In this document: positions 1-9,140 of the stretch, in pieces
Layout of the letters: each line of letters opens with the position of its first letter
How positions within the stretch are numbered: position 1 is the first letter of the stretch
Origin: an uncultured Spirochaetota bacterium
GTDB lineage: Bacteria > Spirochaetota > Brevinematia > Brevinematales > JAOACQ01
Length of the DNA: 64,000 nucleotides
NCBI GenBank assembly: GCA_963768055.1
Contig: CAVYGN010000002.1
Span: 1,632,001-1,696,000, forward strand
Direction: 5' to 3'
The notes under the pieces: generated by a model
The model's input: the letters and a program-made list of their open reading frames with translations, nothing else
The model's database searches: none
Told to the model about the DNA's origin: nothing
Position numbers and translations under genes: made by a program

Positions 1-751
1 TACTGATTGGAATTTTTTTGTTTTTCTTTGTTTTGTTTTGGTAAATATGTATGCTTCTATTTTGAAAATCAATATCATTAATTTTGATATCAATTATTTC
101 ACTAGGCCTGGAAAAAGTGTAATACAGAAGCTTTAAGTACAATGCAAAGTCGTAATCTTTTTTCTCGTTTTCAATGACAAAAAAAATTTTCTTTAAATCC
201 TCACTAGAAATAATTATATCTCTTACTTTTGTTTTGATCCTGGGAAACCTTATTTTGTCGTAATCTACTCTCATATAATCACTCCTCCTTATTGAGTCAT
301 TAAGAAATGCTTTGGTTTCACTAATGAATTTTTTTACGCTATCGTTTTGATAATTTTCATTTAGAAAATTATGGTAACGGTTAATTCCATCCTGGTCAAA
401 ATCACTATAATCTTTAATACCACATTTCAATAATAGCTCAAGATTTTTCTTTTTAATGTTGATAGTTGTTTTTGTGATATTATCATTTTTACATGTTTCG
501 ATATAATTTTTGTAATCTGCGGAAAATATCTTATTATTTCTTTTCTGGGATGAATTACAAGATATAACATCGATAACAGGTAAATCAACCATTTTACTTT
601 TCCATTTTGTTAATACTACATCTTTCACAATCTCTCTATAGATTGATTCTGCTACTTGAATGTCATCAGTCTTGAGAGACATTACGTGCACTTTTTTGTT
701 ACACTGAATCTTCACTATAAATTTTCCATTTTTTGCTTTAATTAATCCCAT
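1..751 (-). CDS. Tyrosine recombinase/phage-type integrase, truncated by the window edge (not in ORF track)
   Basis: Manual translation from ATG at 751 stays open to base 1: MGLIKAKNGKFIVKIQCNKKVHVMSLKTDD (arm-binding-like N-terminus) ... LYYTFSRPSEIIDIKINDIDF...QNKTKK (integrase box I Arg and catalytic Lys region). Confidence 0.85.
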   Translation of the reverse strand, partial: MGLIKAKNGKFIVKIQCNKKVHVMSLKTDDIQVAESIYREIVKDVVLTKWKSKMVDLPVIDVISCNSSQKRNNKIFSADYKNYIETCKNDNITKTTINIKKKNLELLLKCGIKDYSDFDQDGINRYHNFLNENYQNDSVKKFISETKAFLNDSIRRSDYMRVDYDKIRFPRIKTKVRDIIISSEDLKKIFFVIENEKKDYDFALYLKLLYYTFSRPSEIIDIKINDIDFQNRSIHIYQNKTKKNKKIPIS

Positions 752-1031
752 GATAATATTATCCTTAAATTAATGTAACCAACTGAATAAAAGATATTTC
801 ACATTTAATATGAAATTAATAAATATTTGATTTTAACTCGATAATCATAAACAGGTTCGAAATTTGTTTCTTATAAAATAATAGCAAAAATAATTATCTT
901 TTTACGATAACTTGTCCGGTGGTCCGGCCGGAACAAGAAAAAATAATCATTTTTTACAAAAATTCTCTATTAAGAGTGAAATATCCATCTTTAACCAGTG
1001 TTATTTAAGAGCATATATTACCTCCAAAATG

Positions 1032-1826
1032 CTAATAATTTTCAGGCCAAAAACATTTTTTTATAGGTACTGAAATGTTTTTATGAGATTTCTTGTCCAT
1101 AAATGTTAATAAATTCTCTGAGAAATCAATTTTCTGAATATTATAAAATTTTTCTTCAAAAACTATATATTGAGATCTATTGAAACTATCGTTAATAGAA
1201 ATAGGCTTTAATTTAAGTGCTTGAGGAATCGTATCTTTCCCGTCAGCAAAATACGAATCAATCATTTGAGATATTTTTATTTTATCTCCGTCTTTCGATA
1301 TTTCATTAAAAACTTCAATCTTCTTATCTTTTGGGAGTTTTGCCAACTTGATCACATCCTCGTCATTTATTTCCACCTTTTCCGACATTATTTTTTCTTT
1401 TGTAATTGGATCTATTAATCCAATATCATTAATCGCTTTCATAAATTTGTTGGATGCACGAACGGCATCAGGGCTCATTTTTTCTTTTTTACCAATTATT
1501 TCAGCAGTCGTCAACTTCTGGTATTTTTTACCAAAAGTTAAATCTTTTCTTTCCCCTTGTTTTTTTTCATCTTAGATTGATTTTCCATCTTTATCCCATA
1601 CGGTTAGAGGATCACGTATACCTTCTGCTAGAATATTTTCTTCTAACTGGAATAATTCGTCTTTGGACAAAGGAGCTATAAGATTCTTAAACTCGTCATC
1701 AAGTATGATCCCTTCTGTGTTTTTTGGGTTTTTATAAATCATAGCAGAAAGATCTGTGTGTTCTTCCGGTTCCCCGACAATTTCAATATCATCTAAAGTC
1801 TTAAATTTTTCTTCTCCCATATTCAA
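1032..1826 (-). pseudogene. ParB/Srx-like protein split by an in-frame stop, apparently with an internal deletion
   Basis: EFKNLIAPLSKDELFQLEENILAEGIRDPLTVW is a ParB N-terminal pattern. TAA at 1572-1574 is in frame with the downstream QGERKDL...TAEIIGK HTH-type part. The DGHxR segment is missing. Confidence 0.65.
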
Positions 1827-3037
1827 CCTCTTATTTCCTCATATTCTGCTTCAGCAAACATAAAATTTATATATTTACGGACATCAATAAAAATGTTAAA
1901 AATACTCTGCATTATGGAGGGCCAATTTCTTTTATCAGTATTAACACTTTTATCATAGTTTGATTTTGCGATTTCAAACTGTTCCAAAAGGTATTCTTTT
2001 GAATAATTGGCGATATCCGGGACTCCATCTTTATCTGATAATGTGATGATTTTAGTTTCATTATTAAGAGTTATAGATGCTAAATATCCCCTTATAATAT
2101 AACCTCTTGAGGGAGAAATACCTGTATCATTACAGATATCTCTGTTTTCCCGTATTAAATATTCATCTTTCCTTACAACCGGTAAAGGAGCCTTGTTTTC
2201 TTTATTTGTTATATCTTGAACTATTTGGGCTGTTTTAAGCGATTCATTAATATTATTCGACTCTGATTTAGGAGAACTCTTACTGATAAACATCATCGCA
2301 AGCAATCCGGATTGTAACATGATATATATAAACTGCCACATTCCAAACAACATATCATCCACGCTAGATTCACCAAATCTTTTAAGAGAAGGCTTAAGCA
2401 CATCCTCTTTTACATTAATGTCATGGGTTTTTAATTTATTATAATCCAAAGTATATTTTTCACGGTCTGCTATTAATAATGTAATTTTATTTTCTGCCTC
2501 AGTTTTTTTAAAATCATAGTATGTTACACTTTTTGCGGCGTCATCTTTTATTTGCTTGTTAGTTGAGTATAATGAAAGCCATTGGTAAGTTTTTAAATAA
2601 GAGCTATAATTGCTTATATCTAACATATAGGATGATATTTGCTGATTATCTTGATTTATTGAAAGATTGATGTTTGAAATATTTTTAGAAAGAACCAAAT
2701 TATCTTCAATAACCTTTTTTTCTTGGCGTTCCGTATTTGCTGTATGAAAAATAATCGATGATCGCATTCCAATGTAAGCAAGGCCAAGATAAAGACATGC
2801 AAATATTATAACGGGTACAATATGGAATGAATTTGTTTTTATCAAATAAAAATGTTTAGTCATATTGTCGGCAAAGAGCCATATAAGAAATGCGAACAAT
2901 GACCCCAGGAATAAGAAAATAGGGATAAGATACCAGTCGCTGCCGCCAATAGTAATAAGACAGAACATGAATAAAATTGCCTCAATAACGATAACAAACC
3001 TGATAAGCCATTTGATTAATATGTTGTTTTCAAGCAT
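1823..3037 (-). CDS. Hypothetical membrane protein with coiled-coil region
   Basis: 404-aa ORF with three N-terminal hydrophobic segments, a helical middle and a further hydrophobic segment. Confidence 0.6.
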   Translation of the reverse strand: MLENNILIKWLIRFVIVIEAILFMFCLITIGGSDWYLIPIFLFLGSLFAFLIWLFADNMTKHFYLIKTNSFHIVPVIIFACLYLGLAYIGMRSSIIFHTANTERQEKKVIEDNLVLSKNISNINLSINQDNQQISSYMLDISNYSSYLKTYQWLSLYSTNKQIKDDAAKSVTYYDFKKTEAENKITLLIADREKYTLDYNKLKTHDINVKEDVLKPSLKRFGESSVDDMLFGMWQFIYIMLQSGLLAMMFISKSSPKSESNNINESLKTAQIVQDITNKENKAPLPVVRKDEYLIRENRDICNDTGISPSRGYIIRGYLASITLNNETKIITLSDKDGVPDIANYSKEYLLEQFEIAKSNYDKSVNTDKRNWPSIMQSIFNIFIDVRKYINFMFAEAEYEEIRG

Positions 3038-3497
3038 CCAGATCCTCCGTTAACGGAATAAATATCTCTAAATTCATTAAAATAATCCTCCATCGATCTA
3101 TTTTATCATACTTTAGAGAAGGTCTGCTGATCTGTCAATAGGTTTTTAAAGCAAAAATGAAAAATATTTTTCAAATTCATGTTTTTATGTAGAGGACTGG
3201 GATTTTTAATATGGCCGGATTTCAAAAGTACATAAAACGATTGCCAAGGAATCATGCGGGGGCTTAAAAAGTTCCTGGGCCGTCTGTGAAAGAAGTTTCT
3301 TGAACCAAAAACTTACTATCAACGGCGAATTCTGCCGGAACCAGCCTAGAAACTCTCCCACCGAGTTATTATATTCCCTATAATAAACCTGCGGAGCTGT
3401 ACTGTCATAAATTAAAATAGTATTATCGATAAATTCACAGAATTTATAAATTGGTTTGAAATGCTTGGTAATTCTTTAATATATATAGAAATATATC

Positions 3498-3993
3498 TTT
3501 GAGGCATGATTGATCGTGTTTATAATTCCATACATTACAATAAGATAAAAGGATATATAGGATCTATATTATAAAACATGCCTTATTTCGTTGATAAAAA
3601 GCTTTGAGGCATGATTACAGTTCGGTCTAAACCAATAAATATAATATATCGAAGTTCCAATCAGAAATATAATACTCCCGGGATACTATGAATAAAGGCT
3701 AAATGCCTTGAGGCATGATTAATAATCAAAGGAATGTAATGGGGACAATATATTGCTAAATTAGTAAAAAATACCCTGAATTGGAACTGTTGTAAGTAGA
3801 GGCTTACAGTTTTGAGGCATGATTGCAGTAGGGGGAGTATTTAGGATTTTTGAGGCATGATTTTGATCTTTTAATGCAAAATGGCTGATTTGTAATTATA
3901 TAAAATACAATTATTTAAGCTTTGAGGCATGATTTACAAATATACCGGTACTTTTCCACATCTATATATATCCGGTTACCGTGAGGCATGATT
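3498..3993 (+). repeat. Seven direct copies of TGAGGCATGATT (iteron/parS-like)
   Basis: Core starts at 3500, 3605, 3709, 3813, 3851, 3923, 3982; same orientation; non-coding. Confidence 0.85.
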
Positions 3994-4033
3994 GCAGTTC
4001 TTTTACAAAATTATTGAATAATTATTTTCTTTT

Positions 4034-4290
4034 TACGTAGAGTTTTTACGAAGGATTTATACGTAAGAAGAATTTACGAAGAGTTTTACGAAATAAATAT
4101 AAGAAAAGAGTTTGAACGCAAAAACCTTAAAGAAAAATATTGTAAAAGAGAAAACCATAAAAACTGACCTTGATATTTACGAAAAGTATTTACGAGAGGG
4201 TTTGTACGAAAGAGGTTATACGAAGGAAGTTTACGAGAGGGATTTTACGTAAGGGGTATACGTTCAGGACTTACGAACAAGGGATGTACG
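4034..4290 (+). repeat. Periodic degenerate TTTACGAAG-type array (12-15 nt period)
   Basis: TACG at 4034, 4047, 4060, 4075, 4087, then 4178, 4191, 4205, 4219, 4232, 4246, 4259, 4272, 4287. Confidence 0.75.
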
Positions 4291-4388
4291 AGCAGGCTTC
4301 ATATGATGAAGGATTATACAAAAAAGAAGGTTATACCAAAACAAAAAATTTCCGTCAATTCATTGCGGATAAAATCCCATATGCAATC

Positions 4389-4685
4389 GATCAATCCCAT
4401 CGGTCCAGATCATATCGGATCTGATCAGATCAATCCGTCAGGATGGATCAATCTGTTCGTCCGGAATCGGCACAATGATGGAGCGTTCCGATCTTCCGGT
4501 GAATCCTGTCAGTCCGGCAAAATTAAACAATCAGATCGCCCAGGGGAATACAATCACCCGATAGAATGATTAATTCCACTTTTGGGGAAAACAAATCAAT
4601 CAATCTGATCGGGTAAGTTTATAACAGGGGGATAGATCGATAAAGAAGGTAAGGCCGGGTGAATAGTGGAAGAACCGGGCCGATC
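4389..4685. repeat. GATC cluster
   Basis: 11 GATC sites in ~300 bp: 4389, 4408, 4418, 4423, 4428, 4446, 4490, 4534, 4607, 4635, 4682. Confidence 0.6.
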
Positions 4686-5233
4686 CCAACCAGGAATAGC
4701 AGGGAATGAGGGTTCCCTACGGCCCATTTTTACCTTCCCCCGGTTAGAGATTCTGAAAAGATAAAATGATTTCACCTGAAAGGAAATATACGAAGTGGAT
4801 ATCTACTCAAGGTTATGAAGAACTGAGACAAAGTATGCCATTGAATCGAGGTATACATTCTCTACCCAGTAAACATTATATATCACGGGGGATTTCAAGG
4901 GATAACGATATGCGTAATAAACATCCTTAGGATAACATGCCTATAAAGGAAGGTTATATACCGTTATTGAATAAAGGAAAAATTAGACATCATTTGTAGC
5001 AACATCATGATAAAAACAATAAACAAAAAGGATAATAATAATTTTAATAATATAAATATCTCCCATATATGATAAAAAAGAACTGTTACTTATAATAATA
5101 CCATTATGATTGATAAGGAGGATATTGTGATACTATTTAAACAAAAGTGCCGTCCGGCAGGTTTAGTGACCCAGGGTCGGCGTTTTTAGTGACCCGCCCC
5201 CCTGTCTACCTTCAGTATAGCCTTTTCAGATTT

Positions 5234-5995
5234 TCAGGTCAAAGATTTTAACTTATTTTTCTTGATGAAATTATTCAACCTGAAACTTTTACCATCAATA
5301 ACTATTTTAACCGAACCGTCTATCAAGCGGTCCATAATCGCACTTCCAATTAAGGGATTAGAAAAAACCGCAGACCATTCAGATATATCTCGGTTGCTCG
5401 TAATAATGGTCGAGGCTTTGGTATACCGTCCATTAATAACTTCATATAGATCATCCTGCTGCTGCTGATTTAAATCCTGAAGCCCAAAGTCATCAAGAAT
5501 GAGAAGTTCGATTTTGAAGATGTTTTTCAGCTTTAAATTATAACTTCCATTGCCTCTTGCGGCGTTCAAGGAGCGCAGGAGCAAAACAGTGTTCTTAAAC
5601 ACTACCTCATGGCCTCTCCGGATAGCCTCATGTCCGATCGATTGAGCCAGGTGCGACTTTCCGACCCCGGAATGGCCTAAAAAAAAGATGTTTTCTTTGT
5701 TTTTAAGGAAATAACAGGTTGCCAGTTCCTTTATAACAGCTTCATTAATCTGAGGATTAAAACTAAAGTTGAAACTTTCCAGTGTTTTGTCATATTCAAG
5801 ACCGCTCTTTTTTAACCTGATTTTCATAGCTCGCTGTTCCCTTCTTTCTGATTCTTCAAGCAGTAGACCGAGCAGGAAATCAGTATATGATGTCTTTTCA
5901 TTCTGGGCCTTCTGGATATGATAATCAAGATTTTCCAATACCCCCGAGAGTTTCAAATGTTTAAGCCGGGGTATTAATTGTGCCCTGTCGTCCAT
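5234..5995 (-). CDS. istB: IS21 helper ATPase
   Basis: Walker A GHSGVGKS, Walker B LLILDDFG, TIITSN, AIMDRL. Confidence 0.95.
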   Translation of the reverse strand: MDDRAQLIPRLKHLKLSGVLENLDYHIQKAQNEKTSYTDFLLGLLLEESERREQRAMKIRLKKSGLEYDKTLESFNFSFNPQINEAVIKELATCYFLKNKENIFFLGHSGVGKSHLAQSIGHEAIRRGHEVVFKNTVLLLRSLNAARGNGSYNLKLKNIFKIELLILDDFGLQDLNQQQQDDLYEVINGRYTKASTIITSNRDISEWSAVFSNPLIGSAIMDRLIDGSVKIVIDGKSFRLNNFIKKNKLKSLT

Positions 5996-6010
5996 AATAT
6001 TTTCCTCCTC

Positions 6011-7561
6011 CTATAATTTGAAGTAACTGCTATCCCTGGCATACTTGAACGGTAGGTAAGTTTTAGGTGGATGATTCTCGTCATAAGGCTCTTTCAGATC
6101 AAGCTCTTTAACCAGGATGCTCTTTACACTTGTATAGTTCGGAGTATCATAGAAAATTGCCCTCCTGCAGGCCGCTTCTAAGCGCTCTTTCGGATATTTC
6201 TTAGAAAGGAACAAAATACCTCTCGCAGAACGGAACCCGTCTATCTGTCTATTTGAAAGTATCCTTTCAACAACTTCCAGTGTCGTTTTTCCTATGTTTC
6301 CAGCCCAGGTAAGCAGGGATTGTGATGTTTCTGCCATATATTCTTCTTTGTAGGGCGGCGCGTGAAGGGGATTATGTGTATATTTCCATTTTATTCCGGA
6401 TTTCTCATGAAGCGCTATCAATTCGTACCCGGAATATACTTTTACAGACTTTGAATCTGCGCAGACCATTACTTCCTGGCCGATATACTTGTAAGGGACG
6501 CTATAGTATGAGCTGTCGTACTGAATCAGCCATTCGGGCCTTACAACGCAGGTTTTCCAGTTTATCATATCCCAATCTGTTAAAGGGAGCTTTGAGAGGG
6601 TCTTTGATTCTTCAATAAACATTTCGCAGGGGGATCTTCCTACACCATGAATAATTCTGATATCTGCCGTGTCTTCATCCCATTTTTTAAGCGACTCTTC
6701 AAGATCAATTGATATGGGTATTTTGTGGCCTTTCTGTTCCTGTTTCTCGATGAAATACGGCCAGAAGTTTCTTTTAATATATTTGATATCATTCTCTACG
6801 CCGCCCTTGTGTTCCGGTTTCCCGGGAAGACATGGACTGATCATGAAATCGTAATACTTGGCCATTTCAAGAAAACTTCGATTAAAGATAGGGTCATAAA
6901 ATGCGGCTTTTACAACGGCCGATTTCAGGTTGTCCGGCACGATCTTCTTCGGTATTCCTCCAAAGTGATGAAAAGAATGTATGATGCATAGAAAAAATGT
7001 CTCTTTTTTCTGGTTATAGACCACCTCGCGATATGCCTTACGGCTCTTTCTAAGCCTGCCGGAGAATACCCAGGCTTTTCTGTTCCTGCATTCCAGCGGA
7101 TCATAGACTATGCCGAGATATCCGAAATCCACTTCCATAACCCCGTCTTCAAGGGGTCTGATCATCACGCTTGGTTTCAAAGCAGGAAATTTTCTCTGTA
7201 TATACCGCCGGACGGTTGTTTCGGATATATTTGCACAATCAGAAAATTCACTGATCAGCTTGTGAATAACCACATAACTTTTTTCATCTTCCCTGTATTT
7301 TTTTAGTTTCTCAATATGATTATCCAGGATGTGAGGTTTTCCTTTGATATTTTCCGGCTCATTATATGCCAGGTCCATTTCTTTTTCTGTGGGCACGTCT
7401 GATGACGATGAAAGCCATCCCTTTTTATCGCCTATATCCTTTATTTTTCTTATGACTTCCCGGTGTGTCCCGGTTTCTTTGTGGATATTTCTGATAGATT
7501 CGCCTTTCTTTAGCCGGGTCAATATTTCGATGAGTTGTGCCATGGTTTTTACCCTCGCCAT
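6011..7561 (-). CDS. istA: IS21 DDE transposase
   Basis: N-terminal HTH, EVDFG, VPDNLKSAV, PEHKGGVE, YYSVPY. Confidence 0.95.
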   Translation of the reverse strand: MARVKTMAQLIEILTRLKKGESIRNIHKETGTHREVIRKIKDIGDKKGWLSSSSDVPTEKEMDLAYNEPENIKGKPHILDNHIEKLKKYREDEKSYVVIHKLISEFSDCANISETTVRRYIQRKFPALKPSVMIRPLEDGVMEVDFGYLGIVYDPLECRNRKAWVFSGRLRKSRKAYREVVYNQKKETFFLCIIHSFHHFGGIPKKIVPDNLKSAVVKAAFYDPIFNRSFLEMAKYYDFMISPCLPGKPEHKGGVENDIKYIKRNFWPYFIEKQEQKGHKIPISIDLEESLKKWDEDTADIRIIHGVGRSPCEMFIEESKTLSKLPLTDWDMINWKTCVVRPEWLIQYDSSYYSVPYKYIGQEVMVCADSKSVKVYSGYELIALHEKSGIKWKYTHNPLHAPPYKEEYMAETSQSLLTWAGNIGKTTLEVVERILSNRQIDGFRSARGILFLSKKYPKERLEAACRRAIFYDTPNYTSVKSILVKELDLKEPYDENHPPKTYLPFKYARDSSYFKL

Positions 7562-8250
7562 TCATTCCCCTCCTGTGTGATTTCAAAAATTATATCACAT
7601 CAGGTGGGTCACTAAATACGCCGGGGGGTGGGTCACTTAAAGTGCCGATAGGTGGGTCGTTATTTTTGCCGACCCTGGGTCACTTGTGGTGCCGGATTGC
7701 AAAAGATATGGATAAAAAGAATATGGATAAAAGTGAAAATTATATGGGTTATATGGATTGAGTATTTATATATCTTATATATCTCTGTTGTTTGGATGTT
7801 TTTGTTTCTTATGGCGATGCCCTCGAAAGTGCAATGAAAGGGTGAGAATCGTGCCGGCGAGCTCCGGACTCCGCTTTCGCTACGGTACGCTTCGGGCGGG
7901 CCGGGGAAATAACACGGGGTAAACCCGCCCTCGCGCACTCGCGGCCCCAGAGGCTTAAATGGAAGCAGTATGGGCCGCAATCCTACGCATGCCTATCGCA
8001 TCACGTAGAGAAAGTATTAATTTTCATATAGTTGTGGAATTTAAAGAAGGTTTAGATTCGTCTAAAAGCCCTTGCCCCAGGCCAGAATTTTTCTGGGATT
8101 CTAAGACCTGTTTTGGGGAATTGGGGTTTCTTTATTGTTTGTAAGGGCTTTCGCATTCGCTCAAACCCTTGAGTTTTAATGTACGTGGGGTAGGGGGATT
8201 AAATCACTGGCTCTGATTTATCTATATGGATTAATGGAATTATTTTCATT

Positions 8251-9021
8251 TTACTCAAGTCTGTAAATCTTACCATCATATTCAAGTTCCTTAAAAACTA
8301 TATCCTTCCCAGTTTCATTATATTCCTGTTTAAGAAATCCCTTATCCATTGGGAGCCAATCATGATCCTGTAACATCATTCCCATTAAAACTTTCTGTGG
8401 GACATATTCTAAAAAACCTTCCTTTGTTTTAATTAAAACATTTGGTTTTGCTTCCCATCGGACTTGAATAAGCCCGGATTCTGAAAGCATCTTAGAAGCA
8501 ATATTTTTGAATAAAAGCAGACTCTGGGGCGCTGTCCCGAACATTCCCCTATTATCGACTTCAAAGACCAGTACTTTATCATACTTTTCGTTTTTACAAA
8601 ACACTGAACATTTCACTATTTTATTCCTGCCCTGGATGTCCCTAATAACTGAAACTACTTCTTCAACCTTCTCCTTATGTTGTCCATAATCCTCCGGCAG
8701 GTCATTAATGACTGTCTGCCAGATTTCTTCTTTAACTAATCGTCCGGCATGACTTGCAATATGGGTATTAAATTTAATGTTATAAAAGCCATCGTTAGCA
8801 GAATCCAGTTTGAGCACTCCAACTCCGAATTCTTCCAGTTCCCGCCAAAGTTTCTGTTCAGCAGGGGTTTTAAGATTTATATACGCCTCAATTAATACCT
8901 GGGGAATTTCCACGTCTGGATTGTCATGTTTATGGGCTAACAGTTTTTCATATTGTGATATAACAAATTCTTCCCCGATTTTGGTATAATCATGAATATA
9001 TTTGAGCTTTATATTATTCAA
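8251..9021 (-). CDS. Hypothetical protein
   Basis: 256-aa ORF with GGAGG RBS upstream of TTG; no motif recognised. Confidence 0.6.
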   Translation of the reverse strand: MNNIKLKYIHDYTKIGEEFVISQYEKLLAHKHDNPDVEIPQVLIEAYINLKTPAEQKLWRELEEFGVGVLKLDSANDGFYNIKFNTHIASHAGRLVKEEIWQTVINDLPEDYGQHKEKVEEVVSVIRDIQGRNKIVKCSVFCKNEKYDKVLVFEVDNRGMFGTAPQSLLLFKNIASKMLSESGLIQVRWEAKPNVLIKTKEGFLEYVPQKVLMGMMLQDHDWLPMDKGFLKQEYNETGKDIVFKELEYDGKIYRLE

Positions 9022-9140
9022 TTTAATGCCTCCAATCTATGGGATAAAAGAGATTATTTTTTAATATCTATCCAATATTTTATTTCTTATTTCAATAAGA
9101 TAATTTTGTTCCTAATAATTATATCACTATCTGGGAAGGC

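Larger units (their letters stand above)
5148..7701 (-). mobile_element. Complete IS21-family element
   Basis: TG...CA ends; imperfect IRs TGCCGTCCGGCAGGTTTAGTGACCCAGGGTCGGC / TGCAATCCGGCACCACAAGTGACCCAGGGTCGGC with internal GTGACCC repeats; AAAG duplicated at 5144-5147 and 7702-7705. Confidence 0.92.

Noticed and set aside
3498..3993. Repeat-spacer pattern as a CRISPR array
   Set aside because: Repeats are only 12-14 bp, spacing is irregular (38-105) and no cas genes are present.
4170..4569. ORFs 4170..4424 and 4303..4569
   Set aside because: They run through the TACG and GATC arrays and lack protein-like features; likely chance ORFs.
7537..8144. Small ORFs around the IS21 end
   Set aside because: They overlap terminal repeats and GC-rich non-coding DNA.
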